From NCBI GenBank assembly GCA_964482435.1, contig CAYZXL010000017.1:10932-74931 (forward strand): DNA of 64,000 nt, written 5' to 3'. Under the pieces are notes generated by a model. The model was given only the letters and a program-made list of their open reading frames with translations. It searched no databases and was not told where the DNA came from. The first letter of the stretch is position 1; each line of letters opens with the position of its first letter. This DNA comes from an uncultured Verrucomicrobiota bacterium (GTDB taxonomy: Bacteria; Auribacterota; JABMQX01). Below, piece by piece: positions 18,091 to 27,477 of the stretch. The translations under genes and the position numbers were made by a program.

Positions 18091-18993
18091 TTGGTTTTGG
18101 CATCTGTTCGTGCTGGCCTCGCCAGTTCACGTCGGGACCTCGGGAACGAACGCCAGCGGGAGTCAGGCGATCCGGCCTTTAGGAGGAGGAAAACGTTCCG
18201 CATTCTCAATTATCTTTACACTCGAGTCTTCCCGGCAAAAGTCCGTTGGCTGCCTCGCTATTACGAGGTCCTTAAGACATTCGCAGGAAACGGCCGAAAG
18301 AAAATCCTGGAGATAGGGTGTGGCCGTGGGCATGTCGCGTGCGAGTTAGCGAAAAACCGGGCGAAAGTTATTGGCATAGACCATTGTGAGTCTGAGATTC
18401 GCTCTGCCGTCGCCGCAGCGCGAGCGACATCGAGCCCGGCCACATTTTGCGTGGCAGACATTTCGAATTTGCCGTTCAGGGATCGCCTTTTCGATGTTGT
18501 GGTTGCGCTGGACTGCCTCGAATATCTTCGGGACATGAAGGCGACATTTGCCGAGGTGTGCAGGGTTCTTAAGCCAGGCGCCGGGCTGTTGATATTCACC
18601 ATACCGCATTTGTCCACATGCAGCGCGCGTCTGTTTTGGGTTCAGAGGTTCCTTCGCAAGTCGGTTCCGCGCTGGCTACATTCCAAACCCAGGATCAACA
18701 CGAAATCGTGGCTGGAGGCCTCCTCCGAAGAAGAGATACAAAAGGATGGCAGGCTTAAAGACTACGATGTGGATGAACTTCTCAGCTCAGCCGAGAACTA
18801 CTTCCGACTGGAGGGGTACCGATACGCTCTGCGCCTTTTCTCCGCTTTAACCACCGATATCACTTATGGAATTCGTGGGTTTTCCGCCATCCAGCCCTTT
18901 CTTTTCTTTCTTTCTGTTAGGCTGGATCATTACCTATTTGCACCTCACAGACCGGGCTATCTTCTGGTTGTCGAGATGGTGGCGCGAGAATGA
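18091..18993 (+). CDS. Class I SAM-dependent methyltransferase
   Basis: KILEIGCGRGHVACELA...VIGIDHCESEI...VVALDCLEYL...CRVLKPGAGLLIF. Confidence 0.7.
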   Translation: MVLASVRAGLASSRRDLGNERQRESGDPAFRRRKTFRILNYLYTRVFPAKVRWLPRYYEVLKTFAGNGRKKILEIGCGRGHVACELAKNRAKVIGIDHCESEIRSAVAAARATSSPATFCVADISNLPFRDRLFDVVVALDCLEYLRDMKATFAEVCRVLKPGAGLLIFTIPHLSTCSARLFWVQRFLRKSVPRWLHSKPRINTKSWLEASSEEEIQKDGRLKDYDVDELLSSAENYFRLEGYRYALRLFSALTTDITYGIRGFSAIQPFLFFLSVRLDHYLFAPHRPGYLLVVEMVARE

Positions 18994-20132
18994 AAAACAA
19001 GCGCGTTTTTTGGGTCAGCTGGTTTGCGTACCGCGCTCGAGTCGCACACTTGTTTCAGTGGATTCAACTACACCTTCTGAAAAGGCGACAGGCTGTTATA
19101 CTGGGCTATCACCGAATCGGCGATGCTCACGATTTTCTACCCCCAGGATTGGTCTGCGGGCGACATGACTTCGAGCAGCACCTCAAGCTACTTCGGAGAC
19201 GATTCGTTCTCCTCTCCCTGGAGGAATTGGTGACTCGCCTTCAGCGACGCGAACCGATCCCGTTTCGCTCTGTTGTTGTCACTTTTGACGATGGCTTTGC
19301 GGATGTTTTCACCAACGCATTTCCGCTACTGAAGAAACACTCTGTGCCTGCGACTCTCTTTTTGACCACGGATATGTTGGATCAGTGCCACTTGCTGCCG
19401 CTGCATGTGTTTTACTATCTGGTGCATGCGGTCGGATTTCATCGAATTGTGCAACTACTTCGTGAGACAGGGTACGTGGAGCCCTCACCTTATCGCGTAA
19501 ACGGCTCTACGATGGAAGAACAAAGAAAAACGATCGAGCGAATACTTGGATTCCAAATATCCTCACCGGAAGGGTGCCGGCTTCTGGACCATCTATCAGA
19601 ACGCTTTGGTGTCGAAGTGGATGGTGAGCTTCCTGAGCGCTTGTACCTCTCGTGGGAAACTGTCCAGGCCATGGAAAACGCAGGGCTAACGTTTTGCCCC
19701 CATTCACGCACGCACCCGAGGCTGGCTCTTCTCCCCGAGGAGGAACAGGTGGATCAAATTGGTGGATCTTACTCCGCCATCAAACAGAGATTGAGGAGCT
19801 CCTCGCCCATCTTTGCTTATCCCTTTGGAGATGAAGATTCATTCGATGATAGTACTCGAAGGGCCTTGCGAAAAGATGGCCTGGTGGCTGCCTGCTCTAA
19901 CATCCCAGGTAAGGTCACCAGCGACAGCGACCTGTATGCCCTTTGTCGGATTCCTATCTCTTCCGAGGCATTATCGCTTCCGGAGATGTTCTGTGAGATG
20001 GTTGGGTTCCTCGACTGGCTAAGAAATGTCAACAAATGGCTTTCGAACAAGTTGAGACGCTCATCGCCCCATCACCGGGACCTCAAGGACCCAGGCACGC
20101 CAAAATCGGCCCACCCTCAACCAGGACGATAA
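18990..20132 (+). CDS. Polysaccharide deacetylase (CE4/NodB family)
   Basis: NodB motif VVVTFDDGFADVFTNAFPLLKKHSVPATLFLTT. The start overlaps the upstream stop (atga). Confidence 0.7.
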   Translation: MKNKRVFWVSWFAYRARVAHLFQWIQLHLLKRRQAVILGYHRIGDAHDFLPPGLVCGRHDFEQHLKLLRRRFVLLSLEELVTRLQRREPIPFRSVVVTFDDGFADVFTNAFPLLKKHSVPATLFLTTDMLDQCHLLPLHVFYYLVHAVGFHRIVQLLRETGYVEPSPYRVNGSTMEEQRKTIERILGFQISSPEGCRLLDHLSERFGVEVDGELPERLYLSWETVQAMENAGLTFCPHSRTHPRLALLPEEEQVDQIGGSYSAIKQRLRSSSPIFAYPFGDEDSFDDSTRRALRKDGLVAACSNIPGKVTSDSDLYALCRIPISSEALSLPEMFCEMVGFLDWLRNVNKWLSNKLRRSSPHHRDLKDPGTPKSAHPQPGR

Positions 20133-20385
20133 TCTTCAATCGCATTCTTGGCTGTGGGGACTCAAGCGGGTCGCCAGTGTTGTCTATGGACTGTGCGTTC
20201 CCAAATGCTCGTCCACGGAGATGCCAACTCAACAGGACTTCGGAGAGAACAGCCACGCGCGGACGGGCAGTCAGCCATCACCTCTTTCCTTTGTCCGGGG
20301 TACAAAGGCTGTCATTGCCGCGAGTGGTGATGCCAGGAATTAGAAAAAACTTGGGAAAGAATCGGTTTCACGGAAAGGAAGAATC

Positions 20386-21519
20386 ATGCCGAAGAGAATT
20401 CTTATCACTGGAGGAGCTGGCTTCATCGGGAGCCACACAGCCGACCGGTTGATCGAGCGAGGCTACGAGGTTGTTATTTATGACAATCTGGATCCGCAGG
20501 TTCATGATTCCATTCCGGATTACCTGCATCCGGACGCGGAGTTCATCGAGGGCGATGTAAGGGACCGAAATCGCTTGCATCGTGTCCTGAGGGGGGTGGA
20601 TGCGGTATGTCATCTGGCAGCGGCCGTCGGCATCGGTCAATCCATGTACGACATAGAGAAATATGTGGATGTAAACATTGGAGGTACGGCGGTACTCTTG
20701 GACTTGCTGGTGAAAGAACCCGATGTCCGGGTGGAGAAAGTTGTCATCGCAAGCAGCATGAGCATTTACGGGGAAGGGGAGTACGACTGTCCTGAGTGCG
20801 GAGTCGCCAGGCACCCCCGTGTTCGCTGCCGAGAGGAGATAAGGAAAGGCGGCTGGGAACTCCACTGTGTTGTGTGCGCCCATAGACTGCAGCCCAGACC
20901 GACACGAGAAACCAGCTCGCTGAACGCGAACAGCATCTACGCCATCACCAAAAGAGTGCAGGAAGAGATGACGACGATGGTCGGCCGCGCCTACGGCATC
21001 CCGGTTGTTGGGCTTCGCTATTTCAATACCTACGGGCAGAGGCAGAGCCTCAGGAACCCCTACACGGGCGTCTGCGCCATTTTCAGCGGCCGAATCAAAA
21101 CTGGTAATCCACCGATTCTGTATGAGGATGGATTACAGACCCGCGATTTCATTCACGTGCGAGATGTCGCAAGGGCGAACCAACTGGCCATCGAAAGCGC
21201 GGCGGCGGACGGGCAGGTGCTTAACGTCGGGACCGGCAGAGTCACAACTGTCAAGGAAATCGCTCAGGCACTCATTCACCTGTATGGGAAAGAACGGGAG
21301 CTCACACCACGAATCGCTAATCAGTTTCGTGAGGGGGACATTCGGCACTGCTGTGCGGACATTTCGGAGATTCAACGAGTCCTGGGGTTTTCTCCAGAGG
21401 TTCCCCTCAGTGAGGGGCTGCAGGACCTTGTGAACTGGGGACGAACTCAGCAGGCCGCCGACTGCTTTGACCAGGCGCAAGCCGAACTCGACCGATTCGG
21501 TCTCGTCCACTCGCAATGA
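20386..21519 (+). CDS. NAD-dependent sugar epimerase/dehydratase (SDR) with a ~40-aa Cys4 zinc-ribbon-like insertion
   Basis: ILITGGAGFIGSHTADRLIERGYEVVIYDNL (Rossmann fold). YAITK catalytic motif. YGIPVVGLRYFNTYGQRQ. Insertion DCPECGVARHPRVRCREEIRKGGWELHCVVCAHRL lies between the YGEGEY and Y..TK segments. Confidence 0.8.
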   Translation: MPKRILITGGAGFIGSHTADRLIERGYEVVIYDNLDPQVHDSIPDYLHPDAEFIEGDVRDRNRLHRVLRGVDAVCHLAAAVGIGQSMYDIEKYVDVNIGGTAVLLDLLVKEPDVRVEKVVIASSMSIYGEGEYDCPECGVARHPRVRCREEIRKGGWELHCVVCAHRLQPRPTRETSSLNANSIYAITKRVQEEMTTMVGRAYGIPVVGLRYFNTYGQRQSLRNPYTGVCAIFSGRIKTGNPPILYEDGLQTRDFIHVRDVARANQLAIESAAADGQVLNVGTGRVTTVKEIAQALIHLYGKERELTPRIANQFREGDIRHCCADISEIQRVLGFSPEVPLSEGLQDLVNWGRTQQAADCFDQAQAELDRFGLVHSQ

Positions 21520-22649
21520 AAACAATTTCCATTCTCAGTTACGACCTTTCAGACAACTGTCTGGTGAGAACCTACCCCATCGCGAAAGTCCTTCAGCGCC
21601 GTTACAGGGTGGAGGTCGTTGGCCCGGTTTTTGGTGATAGCATTTTCGTCCCGTACAGAGATGAGTTTGTGTACAAACCTCTGTATCTGCCGCGGGACGG
21701 CTCGCGACTTCAGAGGTTGGCGCGTGGCTTCACCGGGCTTGCATGGTTGCTGGATAGGGTGGCGGGTGATGTCATTTATGCCTTTAAGCCCCGGGTTACC
21801 AGCCTTGGAATCGGCTTGTTGGCGAGATGCAAAAAGAAGGTTCCGCTTCTTCTCGACATTGAGGACTGGGAGGCCGAATCGTTCTATTATTCCCCTTTCC
21901 GGTCAAAAGTTGTGGCACTGGCGGGACTCCATGACCCGAACAATATCTTCTACAATTACTTTATCGAACACCTAACGAGCCTGGCCGACGGAATCACGGT
22001 CGTTTCGACGTACCTGCAGCGCCGGTTCGGAGGGGTGCGATTGGTACATGGAGCGGACTGCTACACTTTCGATCCCGCGAAATATCAGGATGGACGCCTT
22101 CCCAAAGAGAGAGACGGGAGCTTTGTAATCCTTTTCGCGGGAACGCCAAGGCCCCACAAAGGATTGGAAGAACTCACACAGGCTCTGAGGATCATTTCAT
22201 CTCCCCGTCTCTGTTTGGTGGTTGTTGGCCACCAGACAGAGTACTTGCGGCGCTTATCACAGAAGTACAGCCGATACATGAGGTGTACTGGGCCGCTGCC
22301 CCATTGCGAAATGCCCCGCTTGTTGAGCCGCGCGAACCTCGTTGTACTGCCGCAGCGAGATGTGCCGGTCACACAGGCTCAGGTCCCCGGCAAGATATTC
22401 GAAGCCATGGCCATGGCGAAACCAATCATCGCGACGGAGGTTTCTGATATCCCTGAGATCCTGGATAACTGCGGCTGGCTCGTCGAACCTGAAAGCCCGG
22501 AGGCGTTGGCAGAGACCATCAGGTACGTGATGGAGCATCCGGAGGAAGCAGCGGCGATGGGGGAGCGGGCACGACAACGATGCATCGAGAAATACAGTTG
22601 GGATGCCATGGAGCGGATCCTGTTCCCTCTCTTCGAGAGGTTCCTGTGA
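21516..22649 (+). CDS. Glycosyltransferase family 4
   Basis: ILFAGTPRPHKGLEEL...LVVVGHQ...KIFEAMAMAKPIIATEVSDIPEIL (GT4 C-domain motifs). The start overlaps the upstream stop. Confidence 0.8.
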   Translation: MKTISILSYDLSDNCLVRTYPIAKVLQRRYRVEVVGPVFGDSIFVPYRDEFVYKPLYLPRDGSRLQRLARGFTGLAWLLDRVAGDVIYAFKPRVTSLGIGLLARCKKKVPLLLDIEDWEAESFYYSPFRSKVVALAGLHDPNNIFYNYFIEHLTSLADGITVVSTYLQRRFGGVRLVHGADCYTFDPAKYQDGRLPKERDGSFVILFAGTPRPHKGLEELTQALRIISSPRLCLVVVGHQTEYLRRLSQKYSRYMRCTGPLPHCEMPRLLSRANLVVLPQRDVPVTQAQVPGKIFEAMAMAKPIIATEVSDIPEILDNCGWLVEPESPEALAETIRYVMEHPEEAAAMGERARQRCIEKYSWDAMERILFPLFERFL

Positions 22650-23040
22650 TTCGCCGAACACAGTCAGACAAGGGGTACCCGCTGCGCCCAGCGTCGTACC
22701 CCCTTCGCAAAACCGGAGTTCCCCCTCGGGGCAAGCCTCTGACGCTCTGTGAATATACTCCCTGTTGTTCCTGGCGGTAGCGAGAAGGACAGATTTCATT
22801 CCCACGCACTCTCCGCACTTCTCGGGTCTATTCTGAGCTTTTTGGCAAACGGAGTCGCAACGAAAGCAACGCAGGGAGCAGGAAAATACGCGGCCATGCT
22901 CCCGAAAGGTGGGTGCCGCGTGTCCACGGTCGGGTTAACTGAGGTTCAGATAAAGCCGAGCCGTCACGATGTATCGGAAGTTGAGAAGGTTGCTGTCGAG
23001 GAATTCTCTGGCTTGACAGAAGAAAAAACGGAGGCAGATC

Positions 23041-23730
23041 GTGGCGCTTTGCATGGTTGATGAATGCAGCTATTCCTCCGGAAGATACAGAAGACGCTGG
23101 CGTGTTGTGATAGTGACTACGGTTCCTTTATCTTTCATCTTCTTCAGCGGTCTGTTCCAGTTTCTGCGGGAGCGCGGATATGAGGTACACGGGGTATGCT
23201 CTCCGGGCAAAATGATAAAAGAAGTGGCGTCCTCCGAGGGGATTGTGATGCATCCGGTGTCCATGTCACGTTCCATTACCCCGCTGAGTGACCTTTTGAC
23301 GCTGGGGCGGCTGGTGAAGCTGTTCATCTATCTGCGACCGGACATCGTTCACTCGCATACGCCGAAGGGTGGGCTGCTTGGCACACTCAGCGCCTGTATC
23401 GCGGGGGTTCCAGTCCGGTGCTATACGCTGCATGGGTTGCCCATGATGACTGGAGGGGCGGTGAAGCGGCAACTCCTCAAGTGGAGTGAAACCCTGGCGT
23501 GTGCCTGCGCGCACCGCGTGTTTTGCGTGAGCGAGTCGATCAGAAAGGTGAGCATCCGACTCGGGATCTGCCCGAAGGACAAAATTCAGGTTTTCTGCAA
23601 TGGGAGCAGCAATGGTGTGGACGGACGCACGTTTCAGCGCACTGGGCTCGTACAGAAGTGGGCGCGCGAATTGCGCGCCAACATAAACATCCCCAAGGAC
23701 GCGCTCGTCATGGGCTTTGTCGGGCGACTA
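23041..23730 (+). pseudogene. GT4 glycosyltransferase, N-terminal part, interrupted by an IS630-family insertion after ...GFVGR
   Basis: GT4 N-domain (PDIVHSHTPKGGLLG...) ends at GFVGR followed by the IS-encoded LLTIV*. Joining 23730 to 24829 restores GFVGRLVRDKGIWEL, the canonical GT4 GRLVREKG motif, in frame. Confidence 0.8.
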
Positions 23731-23764
23731 TTGACGATTGTGTAGCGAACGGAAGGGGCCTCTG

Positions 23765-24268
23765 TCATGGTGGGAGCCCCGCCAGGTCAAAGAAGGAACG
23801 GAGAAGCCCGGACTGGCCCCGGGTGCTGCTCATGGAGGACCGGACCAGCAAGTGCAGCTCTTCCAGGTCGTCGGGAGCAAGGTTCGGCAGGTCGGCGTAC
23901 TTGGTATGGTTCCATACCTGCTCCGTAGGGTTGAGCTGGGGGGCGTAAGCGGGCAACTCCTCCAGATGGATTTTGTCACCGTGACGCTGCAGGTAGTTCC
24001 CAACAACGGCTGCCCTGTGGACATTCCCTCGGTCGAGGATCACGACGATCTTGCGCCGCAGACTCCTTCGGAGCGACCGCAGGAATCTCACGACGTCCTC
24101 TCCGCGGATGTTGCGATTCTGAATCCGCCAGTACAGGCCAAGACGACGCCTGCGAGGCGCCAGGCTAATGGCGCTGATGACCGACAAGCGGTCGTGGCGC
24201 TCCCACTGACGCTGGATAGGTGTTTTACCTTTCGGGGCCCAAGTTCGCCGCACTGTGGGCTGCAACAT
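23765..24268 (-). CDS. IS630-family transposase OrfB (DDE catalytic part), in the +1 frame relative to OrfA
   Basis: VVILDRGNVHR...LEELPAYAPQLNPTEQVWNHTKY (DDE with the PQLNPiE motif). The frame is open upstream to ...SIVFLDESGFML immediately after the A7 tract. Confidence 0.85.
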   Translation of the reverse strand: MLQPTVRRTWAPKGKTPIQRQWERHDRLSVISAISLAPRRRRLGLYWRIQNRNIRGEDVVRFLRSLRRSLRRKIVVILDRGNVHRAAVVGNYLQRHGDKIHLEELPAYAPQLNPTEQVWNHTKYADLPNLAPDDLEELHLLVRSSMSSTRGQSGLLRSFFDLAGLPP

Positions 24269-24296
24269 GAAGCCGCTCTCGTCGAGAAAGACAATG

Positions 24297-24782
24297 CTAC
24301 GTCCTTCTCCTCGCGCGTTTTTTTATATGGGGCCACCCCTCTTTGCGCCAGCGTTCAATCTCCTTCTCATTCCTTTCCCTCGCGCGCCGCTCGGGCTTTT
24401 GACAGCTCCACCCACAGGAATGCAGCAACCTCCACACGTGCGCCGGGTGGTACCGCACGCCAAAATGCCGCTCGATCACCTCGGCCACTCGGGGTAGGGT
24501 CCACAGATCGTTGTGATACCCGTGGGCTTTTGGACCTTGCTTCAGCAGCTCAAGCAACTGCTCCTTCTGCTCGGCCGACAGACGCGGGCGCGGCCCCGGA
24601 TGCGGTTTCGCCGCCAACCCCTCCACCCCGCTTTTCTCTACCACCTCCTTCCAGCGGGTCACTGAAGACGGCGAACACCCAATCAGCCGGGCCACTTCTC
24701 CACCGCGAAGACCTTTCTGGAGAAGCGATACCGCCCATCGTCGCCGAGCCTCCAACACCTCGGCACTCCCTTTGGGTCTCAT
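24297..24782 (-). CDS. IS630-family transposase OrfA (N-terminal HTH DNA-binding part)
   Basis: ...VARLIGCSPSSVTRWKEVVEKSG...GPRPRLSAEQKEQLLELL... is typical of the IS630/Tc1 N-terminal HTH. Ends KKRARRRT* within an A7 tract. Confidence 0.85.
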   Translation of the reverse strand: MRPKGSAEVLEARRRWAVSLLQKGLRGGEVARLIGCSPSSVTRWKEVVEKSGVEGLAAKPHPGPRPRLSAEQKEQLLELLKQGPKAHGYHNDLWTLPRVAEVIERHFGVRYHPAHVWRLLHSCGWSCQKPERRARERNEKEIERWRKEGWPHIKKRARRRT

Positions 24783-24830
24783 ACAAGCGACAATTATACA
24801 AGGATTTCATTGGCTGTACAAGCGTCAATA

Positions 24831-25341
24831 GTTCGAGACAAAGGCATTTGGGAACTGGTTTCGTCGTGGAGAATCCTCCGAAGGGAATTCCAGAACCTTC
24901 ATCTGTTGGTTATCGGTTCAGCCGAAGCGCAGGACCCGCTCTCTCCAGAGATCCTCGACCTCCTGAGGAAGGATGAGAGAATCCATCGTGTGGAGTGGGT
25001 GCCGAAGGAGAAGATGCCGGGATACTACGCGGCCATGAACATCGTCGTTCTTCCGTCCTACAGGGAGGGATTCCCAAACGTGCTCCTTGAGGCAGCGGCG
25101 ATGGCTTTGCCGGTTGCCGCAACCCGAATTCCGGGGTGCTTGGACGCCGTAGTTGACGGCTTGACCGGGATTCTTGTCCCCCCGAGAGATGCTGCCGGGC
25201 TGGCGCATGCAGTCCACCGGCTGCTTGAAGACCCCGGACTACGCTGGCGGATGGGAGAAGCCGGGCGGCAACGTGCCTTGCAGGATTTCCGTCCGGAGCC
25301 GATATGGCTGGCGTTGTGCCAGGAGTACTGGAGTCTCCTGC
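24831..25341 (+). pseudogene. GT4 glycosyltransferase, C-terminal part (continuation of 23041-23730 across the IS). It reads in frame into the downstream PglC-like gene
   Basis: VRDKGIWELV...LHLLVIGSAE...EGFPNVLLEAAAMALPVAATRIPG...QEYWSLL. No stop codon before the PglC-like domain. The listed TTG start at 24810 lies inside the IS. Confidence 0.75.
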
Positions 25342-25472
25342 GCCGCAAGTGTTCCCGCGCTTCCCTTCGCAGACTACTGGATCGCGAGTATCAGGTTGCT
25401 CGCTCGTGGGACGTGCCGTGGACTCGGTTTTCTTCTTTGGGCAAAGGGCTGCAAGCAAGGCCTGGGCGGGAG

Positions 25473-26171
25473 ATGGAGTTGCTGAAAAGGGCTGTGGATT
25501 TCTCCGTCGCTCTTGTCGGGATAGCGGGGGTGCTGCCCTTGTTTCTTCTCGTCGCGCTATTAATCCGACTCACCATGGGGGGGCCCATATTCTATGTGAG
25601 CGAGCGCCCGGGCATTGAGGGGCGGGTCTTTCCGCTATACAAGTTTCGCACGATGCGATACGAATGCAGCCCCCACGGGGAGCTTCCGCCGGATTCTGAA
25701 CGGCTCACGGCGCTCGGGCGGTTCATTCGGCGATGGAGCCTTGATGAGCTTCCGCAGTTGTGGAATGTCCTGAAGGGGGATATGAGCTTCGTAGGCCCGC
25801 GTCCCCTGCTGGTGGAATACCTTGGCATGTACACCACCAGACAGGCCCGCCGGCACGAAGTCCGTCCCGGTATCACCGGCTGGGCACAGGTGAACGGACG
25901 CAACGCGCTGACTTGGGAACAGAAGTTCGACCTTGATGTGTGGTATGTAGACCATAGGTCGTTCTTGTTGGACCTTAAGATTCTTCTCAACACACTGCCG
26001 GCGGCTCTCCGAAGAGAATGGATATGGGCGAGAGGTGAGACGAATGAGCCGTTTCTGGGGAGTGCGCCCGACAGAACAAAGAGAGCACAGGGAGGGCGAG
26101 GCCCCATTCCCCTCGGGGAGCGGGCAAGTCTCACCCGAACCGACATGGTTGAGCAGCCATGCAAAAGCTGA
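25473..26171 (+). CDS. PglC/WbaP-C-like phosphoglycosyl transferase (initiating sugar-phosphate transferase, Bac_transf family)
   Basis: LKRAVDFSVALVGIAGVLPLFLLVALLIRL..GPIFYVSERPGIEGRVFPLYKFRTM...DELPQLWNVLKGDMSFVGPRPLL...PGITGWAQVNGRN. ATG at 25473. Confidence 0.75.
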   Translation: MELLKRAVDFSVALVGIAGVLPLFLLVALLIRLTMGGPIFYVSERPGIEGRVFPLYKFRTMRYECSPHGELPPDSERLTALGRFIRRWSLDELPQLWNVLKGDMSFVGPRPLLVEYLGMYTTRQARRHEVRPGITGWAQVNGRNALTWEQKFDLDVWYVDHRSFLLDLKILLNTLPAALRREWIWARGETNEPFLGSAPDRTKRAQGGRGPIPLGERASLTRTDMVEQPCKS

Positions 26172-26806
26172 TGATTTACGGAGCAGGGGGACACGCCAGA
26201 GTCATCGTCGATATGGTTCATAAGTGCCGTAAGTACCATATCGTGGGGCTGATTGACGATAACTCGCACAAGCAAGGGCAAAGGTCACTCGGTGAAGAAG
26301 TGAAAGGAACCTTCGCGGAGCTGTCGCGTCTGCACCTGGGGGTTAACGCATTCGTTATAGGTATCGGCGATAACAAAAAAAGGTTCGGCGTCTGGGAAAG
26401 GCTCAGGGAGCTTGGCGTGGAGTATGTCAGTGTGGTTCACCCTTCCGTGAGCGTAGGCGAGGAGGTGACTATCGGGGAAGGCACGGTTGTGATGGCAGGG
26501 GTTATTATCAACTGTTGCTCGTGTGTCGGCGTTCATTGCATTGTGAACACCGCAAGCTCGATAGACCACGACTGTCGCGTGGGAGATTTCGCGCACATTG
26601 GACCGGGGGCCGTGCTGTGCGGCGGTGTTCAAGTGGGCGATTTCTCGCTGGTGGGAGCCGGCGCAAGGGTCCTTCCAGGAGTTAAGATTGGCCGCGAGGT
26701 GACAATAGGGAGCGGGGCTGTCGTCACTCGGGACGTGCCTGACGGGGAGTGTGTTGTGGGTGTGCCGGCAAAGCCGCTGCGCACGGCCGCTGAGGCGACC
26801 CGGTGA
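26159..26806 (+). CDS. NeuD/PglD-family hexapeptide-repeat sugar N/O-acetyltransferase
   Basis: MQKLMIYGAGGHARVIVDMV...IVGLIDDN is the NeuD/PglD N-terminal domain. The C-terminus is a left-handed beta-helix with hexapeptide repeats (IGEG..V..G..I...C.VG). Confidence 0.75.
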   Translation: MQKLMIYGAGGHARVIVDMVHKCRKYHIVGLIDDNSHKQGQRSLGEEVKGTFAELSRLHLGVNAFVIGIGDNKKRFGVWERLRELGVEYVSVVHPSVSVGEEVTIGEGTVVMAGVIINCCSCVGVHCIVNTASSIDHDCRVGDFAHIGPGAVLCGGVQVGDFSLVGAGARVLPGVKIGREVTIGSGAVVTRDVPDGECVVGVPAKPLRTAAEATR

Positions 26807-27003
26807 TGTTTCGGGGCATAGAGGTTTTCCCCGGCAAACAAACCTGTTGCGCAGTGCAAATGCGGCCTGTGCAGGAGGAGAGTGAGGAATGCGATTTGAA
26901 CGTCGCCACTTGTTGCTGAGTGGAGGTTCACAACCGTATCCGCACAGGAGGCCCTGCGAACTCATCCGATGGCTCTGAACAGCCTGAAATAGGAGTGGTA
27001 GCT

Positions 27004-27477
27004 ATGAGCAGCACGCCGGCGAAGGTCAGGATATTCTGGCCTCGCCTTGGGGAACAGAAAAGGTTCCAGGAAAGCCTGAAGCAAATCTGGGACTCCCGTA
27101 CAATCACGTCCGGTCCATTCGGCGAGCAGCTCGAGCACCAGGCGAAGGAATATCTTGGAGTCAAACATGTTGTTGCTGTCGCGAGCTGCACGTCCGGGTT
27201 GATGCTCTGCATGAAGGCGCTGCGTATGGAGGGGGAAGTGATCTTGCCCAGCTACACGTTTGCCGCCACAGCGCATGCAGCCGTCTGGGCAGGACTGCGG
27301 CCGGTCTTCGTAGATTGCGAACCGAAGACATGGACAATAGACCCCTCGAAAGCTGAAGAGGCGATAACTTCCTCAACCGGCGGGATACTTGCCGTCTCCG
27401 TTTTCGGGGTGCCCCCGCCCTATCATGAATTGGAGCGATTGTCAATCCGAGCAGCATCGAGCACCGAACCCGAATGA
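27004..27477 (+). pseudogene. DegT/DnrJ/EryC1/StrS (PglE-like) sugar aminotransferase, N-terminal half only (157 aa)
   Basis: RBS aggag + ATG at 27004. ...GPFGEQLEHQAKEYLGVKHVVAVASCTSGLMLCMKAL...EVILPSYTFAATAHAAVWAGLRPVFVDCEP..TWTIDPSKAEEAIT... Terminates before the PLP-lysine region. Confidence 0.7.

Larger units (their letters stand above)
23731..24828 (-). mobile_element. IS630-family insertion sequence (1098 bp) with imperfect ~22-bp terminal inverted repeats and a TA target-site duplication
   Basis: Left end cTA|ttgacgattgtgtagcgaacgg; right end ...cattggctgtacaagcgtcaa|TAg. TIRs ttgacgATTGTgtAGCgAA vs ttgacgCTTGTacAGCcAA. Flanking TA is at 23729-30 and 24829-30. Encodes an HTH OrfA and a DDE OrfB. 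Confidence 0.85.

Noticed and set aside
22749-23060. 103-aa ORF in the 390-bp gap between two GT4 genes.
   Set aside because: No RBS or motif. The region more likely holds an internal promoter or leader. It also contains a CCCTTCGCA-type motif similar to the spacer repeats, but an 8-mer match is within chance.
23738-24976. 412-aa plus-strand ORF spanning the IS630 element.
   Set aside because: It is antisense to the two transposase ORFs and crosses the IS boundaries. The translation is Pro/Ala/Ser-rich nonsense.
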